Source of the DNA: Flaccisagitta enflata
Taxonomy: Eukaryota
Assembly: GCA_965153355.1 (NCBI GenBank)
Contig: OZ231126.1
Span: 6,758,001-6,822,000 of the forward strand
Length of the DNA stretch: 64,000 bases
Direction of reading: 5' to 3'
Shown here: positions 26,951 through 48,646 of the stretch, one piece after another
How the letters are laid out: each line of letters starts with the position of its first letter
How positions within the stretch are numbered: the stretch's first letter is position 1
Position numbers and translations under genes: made by a program
Notes under the pieces: model-generated
Databases searched by the model: none
Told to the model about the DNA's origin: nothing
The model's input: only the letters and a program-made list of their open reading frames with translations

Positions 26951-29900
26951 TCACGCCTCCATCACCCTTCCTTCATCAGATGCAGAATCATCCGTCGACG
27001 AGCTGCTTGGGGGTGCTGGAGGAACGGTTTTGGCGGCGGCGGCGGCCGCGGCTAATGCGGCGGCATTCGGCGTCTTGAACGTGATTCCTTCTCCATTCCC
27101 TTTTTGCTTCCATTGGCGGTCGTGCAGCAAAGTCGCGTGTCTCTTGTTGCAAGATGAGCATGTTGGCTTGTCTTTGCAGTCGCGCGCCGAATGGTTTGGG
27201 CAGAAACAATGAAAACATAGACGTTTCTCCGCCAACTTCTTCACTCGATCCTCTGCTGATGGGATGGCTTCCAAAACGTTGCATGAATGAGAATTGTGGC
27301 GACCTCCACAAATGTTGCAGATATCGTTGGGTTGCTGCTTCGGAGGTGAGTTGACGAGCTGTTCCTTAAACGTCGCCGGACCAACTGCCGTCGCTGCAAC
27401 CTTCGTCGGTTTCGGCGCCATGCGTGTTGGTTCTTTGAGGTTGTTGTACGACACCCAATGCTTCACCTCCTCGATGAGTTCTTGGAAGCCGTAAGCCGTA
27501 CCATGGCGAGCTTGTTCACGCGCGCTTGCTTTCCAATAGTCCGTCGAGATGTGTGGCACCCTCGCGTTGATGATGCGGCGAATGTGGACGTCACGATCAC
27601 ACTCTCCAGGTACATTCAGCAATTCTGCGACGTTTTCTAGTTTGTACAACGTGCCAATCAACGATTGATGGGCTCTCATATCGTTTTCTGGGACCTTTCC
27701 TTTCCTGCAGATGCTGTCGACGGCCGATTGGAATGGGTTGGCGCTCGTGTTGAACATCTCGTCCAGGCGTCTCCACAAGGTGCTGTAGACACGGCGCATA
27801 TTGTGCGCCTTGATGATGAGTTGTTGACCGTCGATAATTTCCTTCGCTGGATTCGCGAAGACGTTGGCCAATTCAGTCACTTTGTCGATTTCGTCTAGCT
27901 CGATGTTGGAGGCGGCATTTTCGAATTTAGACTTGGCGATGATGTAGTCGATCGGCTCGAGGTATCCATACGCTTCTCTTGGGCGTGCTGCGCGCATTTC
28001 TCTCAATCCCACGTCCTTTGCTCTGACGCGGGCGTCGTAGGCGATCGGGTTGTCGATGAAAGAAGCGGCGTTCATCCTCTCGGCGAAGGATTGCGAATGC
28101 GCGAGGCCATTTCGCGCGGAGTCACTTCCGGTTTGACGTTTTTGATACATAGGAGGCGACGGCGTTGGGGGTGGCGTCTTCCTTGACTTCCGTCTGTCGA
28201 CGCGTTCGAACCCCTCGTCATCGAAGACGTCGTCGACCAGGGGGCGCTGACTCCCGCGTGCATTCCGGGACGCTTGTGGAGCTGGAAGATCACCCGCGAT
28301 CTGGCGGACGATAACCGGCGAGCTTGGTGATGGCGGCGTCGATTTGCGCGGTGGAACACGTGTCTGCAAAACGACGCTGTCCTCCAGGTTGAGGTCGCTG
28401 ATCAATTGTTGGACCCTCGCCATTGCGTCCGCGTGATCCATCGCGTTCTTTTCCTGCTCCGCTGCATCTTGTCGCGTGCGCAGTTGCTCGTGGAGAGGAT
28501 GTTCACGTGCAGCTGGGGGTGGCGTTTTGGAAGGTGGTTGTCTCTGCTGGCTTTTCTTTTGTGCCTCTCTCCTCTTCCTCTCCTCCTCCTCTTTCCTTTT
28601 CTTCTCTTCTTCCTTTTTCTTTTCTTCGCGTCTTTTCTTCTCCTCCATCCTCTTTCTTTCTTCCGCGTCTCTTTTTGCCACCGCCTTCCTTCTCTCCTCC
28701 TCTGCTTTCCTCTCTGCTTCCTTCCTTTTCTTTTCTTCTCTCTCTTCTTTCTCTCTTTTCTCCTGTGCGATCTTGTTTTTCAAGTTCGTCCTCCTTTTCT
28801 CCTCCTGCTCCTTTCTCGTCTCCTCTGCCTTCTTTCTCACTTCTTCAGCGTGGATACGTTGTCTTTTCTCCTCCTCCTCTTTCTCTTTCTTCCTCCTCTC
28901 CTCCTCCTCCCTTCTTTTCCTCTCGTCGATTCCGGCCGTGACCGCGTCTGTCCGGGCAGTAACGGCTGCGTCCAATGCGATGTTTGCCGTCAACTGCCGG
29001 GCGTTCTCTTCGCGTTGTTGAGATACCGACTGCGAGCTGAGACGGAATCGCGTATTTGCGCGTGCTTCTCTCGCCACCGAGCGTCGGACTTGGTTGACGT
29101 CGTTGACAAGACGTTGGACGACGTGCACCATCGCGTCGCTTTGAGCGTTTTTGTCGCCGTCGGCAATCGATTGCTGTAACATGTTGAGAAGATCTTGTGT
29201 GGGAGGGGCGCCGCCAACGGCGCCTGGAGGAAGGTCGGCGTCGTCGTTCGGCCATGACGTTTCCATCGCGTCGTCGGGGTCATCGTCTCCATCGTCTCTA
29301 GTCGACAAGAAGCGCGACCTCGCCGGCGTCACCGGCGTCGGAGGTTCAAAGTTTATGCGTATCTGCTCGGCGTCTTCTATCGCGCCCGGCGTATGGGGCG
29401 GCGCGTTGTGGCGTTGATCCGCTGCATTGAGATTCGCTGCTTCCGTACCGACGGGCAAATCGTCCTCTCCCGCGTCTCCATCGTCGCCGGTCGTGTTCGG
29501 CGTCGATTTGCGTCGTCGCGAAAGGGACTGGACGAAATGCGTCGACGACCCCATCGTCATCTCGAGAGCGCGTTTTGCTCCAGTCTCCGGTGACTCGTCG
29601 TGGATGTCATGGTAGGTCGGCAGAAATAGATGCGACGCGAAAGTGTTTTTGTCGTGGAAGCATGTTTGGTCCCACAGTTTTCGTACCTCCGTCAATGAGC
29701 TTTCGGCCGTCGATAACAGTGACGCCGCTTTGTCGGGGTTATTGGTCGACTCTGCGTGTGAGTAAGTCTTTGTCTGATTCACAAGTCGCCACGCCGCTAA
29801 CCACACCTCCTTTCGAAGGCAGTCCATGTCTTGGTAAAAGTCCAATATATCGTCGTCGTCGAGGGTATCGGCTTGCTTCAACGCCGACATGTAGGCGTTG

Positions 29901-30094
29901 CGCGTGTTGCGTAGCGCCTTTCGTAACCCGCGAAGCGTCGTAGCCACGGGGTCCATTGCGCCCGCGTAGACGGATGAGTCGGAAACGACGGACACGCAGT
30001 CGGCTGGTCGAAAGGTTTTTCTGCGTTGATTTGGCAGCGAAGGTGGCGGCATTGACATCGCGTCGGCGTTGGCGTTGTTGTTGGCGGTCGACAT
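26951..30094 (-). CDS. gag: Bel/Pao Gag, 1047 aa, long charged coiled coil and three C-terminal zinc knuckles
   Basis: CNICGGRHNSHSC, CFHCFCPNHSARDC, CSSCNKRHATLLH (typical Bel/Pao triple knuckle); uninterrupted ORF starting 45 nt inside the 5' LTR boundary. Confidence 0.93.
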   Translation of the reverse strand: MSTANNNANADAMSMPPPSLPNQRRKTFRPADCVSVVSDSSVYAGAMDPVATTLRGLRKALRNTRNAYMSALKQADTLDDDDILDFYQDMDCLRKEVWLAAWRLVNQTKTYSHAESTNNPDKAASLLSTAESSLTEVRKLWDQTCFHDKNTFASHLFLPTYHDIHDESPETGAKRALEMTMGSSTHFVQSLSRRRKSTPNTTGDDGDAGEDDLPVGTEAANLNAADQRHNAPPHTPGAIEDAEQIRINFEPPTPVTPARSRFLSTRDDGDDDPDDAMETSWPNDDADLPPGAVGGAPPTQDLLNMLQQSIADGDKNAQSDAMVHVVQRLVNDVNQVRRSVAREARANTRFRLSSQSVSQQREENARQLTANIALDAAVTARTDAVTAGIDERKRREEEERRKKEKEEEEKRQRIHAEEVRKKAEETRKEQEEKRRTNLKNKIAQEKREKEEREEKKRKEAERKAEEERRKAVAKRDAEERKRMEEKKRREEKKKEEEKKRKEEEERKRREAQKKSQQRQPPSKTPPPAAREHPLHEQLRTRQDAAEQEKNAMDHADAMARVQQLISDLNLEDSVVLQTRVPPRKSTPPSPSSPVIVRQIAGDLPAPQASRNARGSQRPLVDDVFDDEGFERVDRRKSRKTPPPTPSPPMYQKRQTGSDSARNGLAHSQSFAERMNAASFIDNPIAYDARVRAKDVGLREMRAARPREAYGYLEPIDYIIAKSKFENAASNIELDEIDKVTELANVFANPAKEIIDGQQLIIKAHNMRRVYSTLWRRLDEMFNTSANPFQSAVDSICRKGKVPENDMRAHQSLIGTLYKLENVAELLNVPGECDRDVHIRRIINARVPHISTDYWKASAREQARHGTAYGFQELIEEVKHWVSYNNLKEPTRMAPKPTKVAATAVGPATFKEQLVNSPPKQQPNDICNICGGRHNSHSCNVLEAIPSAEDRVKKLAEKRLCFHCFCPNHSARDCKDKPTCSSCNKRHATLLHDRQWKQKGNGEGITFKTPNAAALAAAAAAAKTVPPAPPSSSSTDDSASDEGRVMEA

Positions 30095-30126
30095 CGTTGA
30101 CGTTGCGTGGATCGTTGATGGTTTTT

Positions 30127-30138
30127 GATTCCACGAAT
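30127..30138 (-). promoter_or_regulatory. Primer-binding-site position: ATTCGTGGAATC, complementary to LTR-internal 30302-30291 rather than to an obvious tRNA 3' end
   Basis: gattccacgaat (30127-30138) is the exact reverse complement of attcgtggaatc (30291-30302; also 18581-18592). Confidence 0.7.
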
Positions 30139-30926
30139 TGAGATCGTTTAGCGTCTAGTTTCTTAGCAAGCTCCTGAAGCGTTATCGCAAGAACTGACTC
30201 CACTGCGTAGCTGCGCTAAAGATTTGGATCGCACACCCGCTTAGGACGAATTGTTGAGATGAGCGGTCAAGTTGTCCGCGAAATCAGTCTATTCGTGGAA
30301 TCCTAACGGACAGAGAAAAAGGAAAAAGGTTAAGACAAGCTCTGTACATCAATGAAGGATACTTCTGTATGGCGCCAAAATGATAAAAGGTCAAGGACTT
30401 ACACGGATGTTGTCGAACGGTTTCCAATCTAGGCGCAGGGCAGGGAAGTCGGGGAAAAAGCATCAAAAATCGAGTCTTTAACTGAGATCGTGTAATCGAT
30501 TGTCAGAAAGAAAGTCAGGGAAGCTACTTTTACTTAACCTGGAAATAGCAAAGAATGAGTCAAAACATCACGAGATTTGAAATTATTTGGCAGCAATGAA
30601 ACACTAATAAATAGATTCGTCACGTCGTGGGAATTCGATAGAGGGGTCGAAGTCTTTCCTCCTCTAAGCGGTTGAGAAGATATAGTTCATCAATTCTCAA
30701 CCGGAAGTCAGCGCTTCCGGCGCGCGCGCGCGTTCCTCCCCTTCCTCCGTCGATCGAAGATCTCTCTCCTTCTTCCTCGATTTCCTCCACTCTGCAGTCG
30801 AGCAGACGCCATCTTGGATTTTCGATGGCGAGAGAGCCCCTCCTATTCTCCGGATCCGCGGAGTCGAATGCGTCCGATCGAGCGCTTCTTGACCTGGAGA
30901 TGGTGGGGAATGTGGAGATTCTCACA
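30139..30926 (-). repeat. 5' LTR (788 bp) containing a putative 100-nt intron (30402-30303)
   Basis: Direct repeat of 18429-19218; minus strand GTAAGT ... CTTAAC, pyrimidine tract, TTAG. Confidence 0.95.
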
Positions 30927-31394
30927 AAAGGTCATGAGAAAATAGAAGACATTGAGAACGAGATCTATCTTTTATAACATGGAAATGTAAAAAAATGGAT
31001 TTGAAAGCCAGTTATATAAATAGATAGCAATCTTTTCCAATTATTTTTCTTTAAACTAAGCTACGTGTTATTCATTTTTCAACATTTTAATCTTTTTTTT
31101 TTTTTTTGTCATTTTTCTTCTTCAATACTTAAAAACAAATCACTGAAATTACGTCCAAGTTTCCTTTAAAGTCACCTACTAAAAGTAGGTTACTATCCAA
31201 CTCTCTAGGCCACTATGTACTTGGTCCCTTGATCGTTCCATCTGATCGTTTATCCGTCCGTCCGTCGGTTATACTCATGTTTTTGGGTCAACCATACGCG
31301 GATATAGTTACATATTACCATGGCTCATAAAACTAAAGATTTCAATCACGAATTGTTCATCATTCGTTCATCATTCGTTCATTTAGTGAATTGT

Positions 31395-31892
31395 TCATCC
31401 AAAGTTTTTATTGACGTCTCTAATGAATCCATAATGGCGTTCTTTGAGCTCCTTTTGACGTTGTTCGCTATTGGCGTAGGTTTCCTTATAATCGATGCAA
31501 GCTTGATAATAATTGGCCCCCGAAGTTGGAGATACGATATTGCCGGAGTTGCAGCACACGCTAAAAACAGAAGAAAAAGAACAAAAAGAAAAGAATGTGT
31601 AATGAATGGACCGACAGACCGACCAACAGACAGACCGATAGACAGAAGATTTAAAGGTCACGTAGGTTATGTACTCACGTGCACACAACTGAAAACTGTT
31701 CTCATATGTATGTATGTTCCTACAGCATCTTCTTAGTGATCAAAACTGATCATACCTTGTGTGAATGTTGTAAGTGACGTTTCTGCAGCAAGCATTTTGC
31801 GTAAGAGTTATTGGATGTATGATTGTTTCGCAGCACATTTCTCTCGATGGAGACATTAACTGCTTGCCGCAACAATGCCTGAGAGAGAGCAA

Positions 31893-31935
<43 letters not shown>

Positions 31936-32810
31936 GGAGACGGAGAGAGAGTCAGAAATATGGAGCTACAGACACCGAGAGGAAACAAAAGTGACACGGA
32001 ACAGGTGTCGCGTAAAGCGATGCTGGTCTTTCATCTTAGTCATTGCGTTCAAAACATATGAACAATATCTTCACCCTTCAGTGGCCTTTGACAAAAGATA
32101 AAAAGGGCAAAATATTTAATTACCAATAAAGGCGGCTATCGCCCACAGGAAGAAAGTCGTAAACCTTCTCTTTTCAGTCTCATTTTTTTCTTATTCTCAT
32201 TCATGGCAATGGAAACTGGCAAAAAATATCTCAATTACAAGCTTGAAATTTCAGTTTTTGCCAAGAAATTGTTGTTTTAAAGTGGATATTGCACAATTGT
32301 TAATAAGGCAAATCATAGGCAATGCGTCTTATTCGTCAAAAATGGGGAAAGAATCTGGGCAGGGTCGGAAAGGCAAGAAAAAGGACAGGAAAAAGAGGGA
32401 AAATCAAAAAGAAAAAAAAAGTCGAAAAGGCAAGATTACCCCGACACACCTTTAAATAAACTACCTTTGTTAAAGAATTCTTTTAATTGAGACGCTATCC
32501 AACTTTCTAATGATTTGGGAATCTTTTTTAGTGTCAAATCTAAGTTTACATTGTTTGACATAAATTTTTTTTTCAGTCAGCTGGTGTTTTTATGGCTCTT
32601 CCATGTAATCCTATGGATTTTAAGCTCTAAACTGATTCAAGAATTATACATCAGCTTGCCTGAAACCGTTTTTTGAAATAAATTGTGCATTGGGGTATCT
32701 TGGCTTTTCTGAGTACTCCAGCCTGCGCAAGCCTGCGCGAAATTCATGGTTCAATGCTTAGTCTGCGATTGTTGCGTCTCACAATCAAACAATGATAAAT
32801 CAAATTCAAA

Positions 32811-32854
<44 letters not shown>

Positions 32855-33843
32855 AAGACAAAAAGGGAGAATCAAAGAAAGAAAGAAAGAAACAAGCAAA
32901 CATACAAAAACAAAACAAATAAACAAACAAACAAACAAACAAACAAACAAACAAACAAACAAACAAACAAACAAACAAACAAACAAACAAAGAGACTGAC
33001 AGACAAAAAGACAGACAGACAAACGGAAAGACTGACTAAGACAGAGGAGTAAAACGCAATTTGGAAAAAAATCCTTAACGGCGGGGGACATTAAAACAAC
33101 CAATTTTGTTCTTTTTTTGGTAAGGTCACGCCACAACGAATAGGTATAATTCTTTAGAATCTAATATTGCAAAAAATTTTCAGAGAGATCTTTTATTAAT
33201 TTTTTTTTTCTAAATCATACAAAAAATATTCCCTCATGCTTTCTGTTTACAGCGTTCCAAAGTTGCCCAAAAAGTCTATTTCTATTTAACTTACTCATTT
33301 GTTGCCAGGAGAGAGATGATATTTCTTGTAGTAGTAATACTATCAAAGTAGTTAATGTTTTTTTGGTATTGTATCTTAAATCTCTAATTTCTTTTATTTC
33401 AAAGTCTTTTTAAGTAGGGTTAGGGGTTGGGTTAGGGTTACCGTTGGGCAGGGCTTGGTAAAATTTTTTCTGACTATAAGCTGGATTTTATTACCGGTCC
33501 TTACCTACAAAATTTGCATATGATTTCCGAAATATAAGATCTCTCAAGTATTGAAAGCTTCTTAAAAACTGCAATGTTCATAAAGGAAACATTCAATTGG
33601 TAGTTAAACAGTGTACGCTCCTCTCTTTTTGATTGACTTTTTTTTTCATTTTTCCTTTTCCCTCTTCTCCCTGCTTTCAAGCAATGCTTGCGTGCACTCT
33701 GCCATACCTTGCTGAGTTGGGATAGTTCTCGGATTAGGGTTTGCCGTAGGACAACAGCCCAAATCTGCGTGAATTAAACTTTGCCCATGCGGAGGATTTG
33801 TAAAAAAACAAATGCACAGCAGAGACTTTTCAGAAATCGCCAT
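31395..33843 (-). CDS. Short galaxin-like Cys-Cys repeat protein; exons 33843-33708(?), 32215-32124(?, frameshifted), 31878-31756, 31560-31395
   Basis: Last two exons splice in phase 2 to give HCCGKQLMSPSREMCCETIIHPITLTQNACCRNVTYNIHTSVCCNSG (CC pairs every ~13-15 aa). Upstream exons are tentative and need a frameshift near 32170; they carry an RLKR furin-type site. Confidence 0.6.
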
Positions 33844-33938
33844 TACAGAGTAAAAAGGTAATATGATTTTCTTATTTCAAAAGTGCCAAAGGCACTAATT
33901 AAGAGAAAATACAGTATTTTGGTTTTCGCTGTGGCGTG

Positions 33939-34011
<73 letters not shown>

Positions 34012-34181
34012 CTCTCTCTCTCTTGCTCTCTCTCCCATGATAATTCTGGATTTTTTTTCACATTTTTCCCTTAACCCATGTTTAAACTCCCTTTTCAAAA
34101 CACATTTATTACTTTCAAATCACAATTCTTTGCCACTAGTACCAATCTATTCCGATCCAGCTTTTGTGAGCATGTGGGAAC

Positions 34182-34285
<104 letters not shown>

Positions 34286-34381
34286 CTAAAGTCAAGCCGG
34301 CTTAGTGAAAGCGTTAAAATTCCATTATTCCCCTTCTTTACCCATTCTACTTTGGCCTTCAAAGTAAGTGAAAAAACCTCT

Positions 34382-34461
<80 letters not shown>

Positions 34462-35488
34462 CTCTCATGCTTTTCCACTGCTACATAACCACTTCTTTGT
34501 ATTTACCTCTGTCTATCTCTCTGCTTGTGTCTTTATTAAATAGTTACAATTCTCATCCTCCTAAAATGTGTTTTCATGTAAACCTTTTTATAAATTTACT
34601 AAGTGAGAGGGAGAGGAAGGAACCACGGAGAAATACAGTTGATCTTCTATATATTATGAAAAATGAGAGAACATTTTTAGAGGAAATGGGAGGATATGGC
34701 AAAGAAAAAAAAAAGATGTAAAGATAGAAAAAGAATAAAAGAAATGGTTCTCCGGTTGGAAGTGTTTAACTGCGGCAAAACAGAAAAGGATAGAAGAAAA
34801 GCAAAAACCAAAAAGAGGAGAAGGGGAAAAGGAGGCGGGGGGGGGGGTGTAAGGAAGGATAATTGGTTTGGATAAGAGAGATAAGAAGAAGGAAAGAAAG
34901 AATGAATGAATGAATGAATGAATGAACTAATGATGTGAATAAATGAATGAATGAATGAATGAATAAAAGAATGAATGAATGAATGATGAAAGAAAGAAAG
35001 AAAGAAAGAAGGGAAGAAAACGAAAAAAAAGATAAAGAAAAGAAAAGAAAGAGAGACGACAAAATAAGAAGTAAGAGGCAGCCACACTCAAAACCCACAC
35101 TCAAAATACCCACCCACAAAATCCCGCAGCCACACACCAATCCCACACTCACAGCCCGCAGCCACAACCAAAACCCACTCTCATAAATCCCACCCACAAA
35201 ATCCCGCAGCCACACACAAATTTCCACACGCAAAATCCAAGGGCAAAAAACTCCTCAAGAAAAGCCTAAAACCAATACACCGACAGAAAACAGAGGAAAA
35301 AAATGTAAACAAACTTGGGTAAAAAACAAACAAACAGGCAAATCGATAATCAGCTGCGAAGGGAAACATTCAAACGCTTAAACATCGAGTGAAGTAGACA
35401 CAACTAGACAGAAGATACACAAACACGCGCGCGCTCAAGCACGCACTTGGACGTCTGCATACTTTCCCCCTCCAGCACATGCGTGAAG

Positions 35489-35629
<141 letters not shown>

Positions 35630-35647
35630 AAAAACAGATTTCCGTGC

Positions 35648-43890
<8,243 letters not shown>

Positions 43891-44011
43891 GTGGAAAAGA
43901 AGGAAACAGCTGAGCTCGTAGGTGAGAAAATAATGGCTCTGAGATGACAGGGAAATTGACTCGTGAGACGCCATGTGGAACTGAGTGTGGAGAAATGGGA
44001 AAGAGAGAGAC

Positions 44012-44170
<159 letters not shown>

Positions 44171-44173
44171 CAG

Positions 44174-44334
<161 letters not shown>

Positions 44335-44615
44335 TAGAGGGAAACAAAGAGAGACAGAGAGAATATGTTAAAATAGATCAAACCTGTAATCAAAGTGACA
44401 GTGAGTACGACAGATCAGAATACGTAAATAGATCAAGTGTGGCCACTATTTCAGAACGCACTCTAAAAGCACTCGATTATGGACACTACCAGTCATGACG
44501 CCACTGATACTCAGTGATAGTGTGGTCAGTCAACCAACTGCTTTTCAACACCTCCCCCGTTTCTTTAACCCATGTCCATACTGGCATCGCCAACCCTTCC
44601 TCCACTGCAACCACC

Positions 44616-44941
44616 TTTACGTCTGCCAGGGTGCCTAGAAAGTCATGATTGAACTTCGCCTGGCAAAAATCTTTTTCCTTTGCAAAAACGCTTTCAAAAC
44701 GAGCCATTGCACAACTCGCAATTATCATCTTTAATGTGAGGGTAAAGTTTGCATTGAGTTATCATTGGAACTTTTTTTCTAAATTATGCAGATTCCGCCT
44801 CCCGTATACACATCAGTTCAAACTAACCCTCACGATAGTTTCTGAATGATTTGAATGTCGCACAATGGCTCATATGAAAGTATTTTCTTGCAAAGGAAAA
44901 ACATTTTTTCCAGCTTTTCTAGGCACCCTGGAGAACGTAAA
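44616..44941. mobile_element. Small inverted-repeat element (MITE)
   Basis: tttacgtctgccagggtgcctagaaa / tttctaggcaccctggagaacgtaaa. Confidence 0.6.
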
Positions 44942-46449
44942 CATCCATCCCCTTTCTGTCCTCTCTTTCTACTCGTAAGGCTGAGCTGTGAGGAATATCT
45001 TCTTTATTGATATTGCGTATTGTGGTTTCTTGTGGAAGTATGGAAGATTAAATAAAGGGAAAAATAAGCTCGTGTCAACAATCGATAGTGAAAGAGAGAA
45101 TTCTAAGAAAAGCCGGATCTAGCCAACTTTATTCTTCTTTCCTTGGGTCCACTCTACTGTGAATAATTGGATGCGTCGTGTAGACTTGAATAAATAGCCA
45201 ATAAGCAGTTATACAATTGAAGCACAAACGGTTTCATAACGGTATCATATCATAGTTTCTGAAACTTCAGGACTTTTGTCATCATTATCACCTTGTCAGC
45301 ATGACTGCTTCATCAACTCATCCCCTGTCAATATCTTCTGATGATGACCCACCTCTACTCTATGGAATATGCAGTTTAGGTCTACCCCAACAGTCCAACA
45401 TCCTATCTTAAACTCCTTAAGTTCCTTACCACCGCTCAGGCAACCAATGCCCCAATAACTAAACACCGCAAACACCAGCGGTCCACCACCCTCACCCCAC
45501 CCACCATAGGCTCAACATCCTCACCACCCATACCACCCGAGCCATCAATGGCCCACCAGCCTCAACACCTCAGCCACTAGTGGCCCACCACATACTACAC
45601 CCTCTCGGCTTACCACCAATGGCCCACCACCCTCAACACCCCAGCCACCCCTGCCATAAGTGCCAGTTGCTCACTACCCTCACCATCTCAGCCACTAGTG
45701 GCCCAGCACCCTCAAAACCCCATTCATCAGTGGCCAAATAGTATTCTTTTCTTTACTTCTTTCACTTTCTTTTTCTTTCTTTTTTTTTCCGTTACATCAT
45801 TTCTCAACCAGCCAGAGAAAAAAAAACTTGAAGGGATGGATTCATATTTATTCTTTCGGCTTCTTGCGCGTTTGTCAATATCCTTCTATTTCGCCCTTTC
45901 CCCCCCCTCTTTTCTCCCCAGTGAGGAGTCCCCACCCCCATCTCTTACTCCGTCTCCTTGTCTGCTCCTCATGCTCTTCTGCTTACTCTTCCACATCTTT
46001 TTCTTATTTTTTAGTCGCGTGCACGCGACTCTACAACCCGCTTTGTCGGTCCGTCCGTCGGTCCGTCCGTCCGTCCGTCCATCCATCTGTCCGTCCGTCT
46101 GTCCGTCCGTCCGTCCGTCCGTCACACTTAACTTTTTTGTACTATAACGTCAACTCTTAGGTCATTTTAAGTCATTTTAAGTCATTTATAGTTATTCTAA
46201 GTCATTTTGAGTCAGTCTAAGTCATTTTAAGTCATTTTAAGTTATTTTAAGTTATTTCTAGTTTTTTGTTTTTTTAGTCATTTTAAGTCAATTTTGGTCA
46301 TTTTATGTCATTCTAAGTCATTGAAAGTCATTCTAAGTCATTCTAAGTCACTCTTTGTCTGTAAGTCTCGCACGCGACTTATAGGTGTTGGCCTTGTTCT
46401 ATCTCATCTTTATTTGCAGAGGCTATTGCTTGGGTGAGATCCATCATGG

Positions 46450-46619
<170 letters not shown>

Positions 46620-46627
46620 CCAACACA

Positions 46628-46726
<99 letters not shown>

Positions 46727-47036
46727 CCAAGACACGCGCACACATTTGTTTCCATTCTGGAAATGGGCTGTCATCTTTTAGCTCTTCCAAGTTTTATCAA
46801 ATTTCATTGGATGAGACGATTCTTGTTTCTTCCGGCGCAGTTTTGGCTCCTGCCTGGCTTGGTTTGGCTCATGTTTGGCTCATGTTTGGCTCATGTTTGG
46901 TGAAACCAGTCATCATTTATCTAGTTTGCCACGGCAAAGCCAAAACTTTATTTTTATTTAAATCCAATACACATTTTCTCCATGAATCCCCAAATATCTA
47001 TCTTCGCCTATCTTCGTCTGTCTCTCTCTCTCTCGC

Positions 47037-48200
<1,164 letters not shown>

Positions 48201-48543
48201 GCAGCGCAGTATACATAGTATTGCATTGAAATCCCCGTCTACTTTTCCTACACTTAACTTCCCTCGGCCCCTATCTCAAGACGCCAGTCCCCCTTTGGCC
48301 CCTTACTTTCTCACGTTCTCCAAGACTCTAACGTTGTCCTTCTTTCTCATCCTTCGATGCTCGAGAAAAAAAAGAATTGAACACGTCGTAAGAAAAAGTT
48401 GTACACACATAAGTTTTTATTCAGAGAAAGATAAATGGGCAAACAAAAAAGCTCTTTTTTTTTTTCTTTTTTTTTCTTTTTTTTTGTGGAATAAATACTT
48501 TTTCCGCACAAAAATAGATTTCCCCATTCGGTTATGTAACACA

Positions 48544-48646
<103 letters not shown>

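Larger units (their letters stand above)
18429..30926 (-). mobile_element. Full-length Bel/Pao LTR retrotransposon (12,498 bp) with extra 3' ORF
   Basis: Near-identical TG...CA LTRs, 5-bp TSD AAAGG (18424-18428 and 30927-30931), Gag with triple zinc knuckle, PR-RT-RH-IN order with Pao-type motifs, polypurine tract. Confidence 0.97.
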
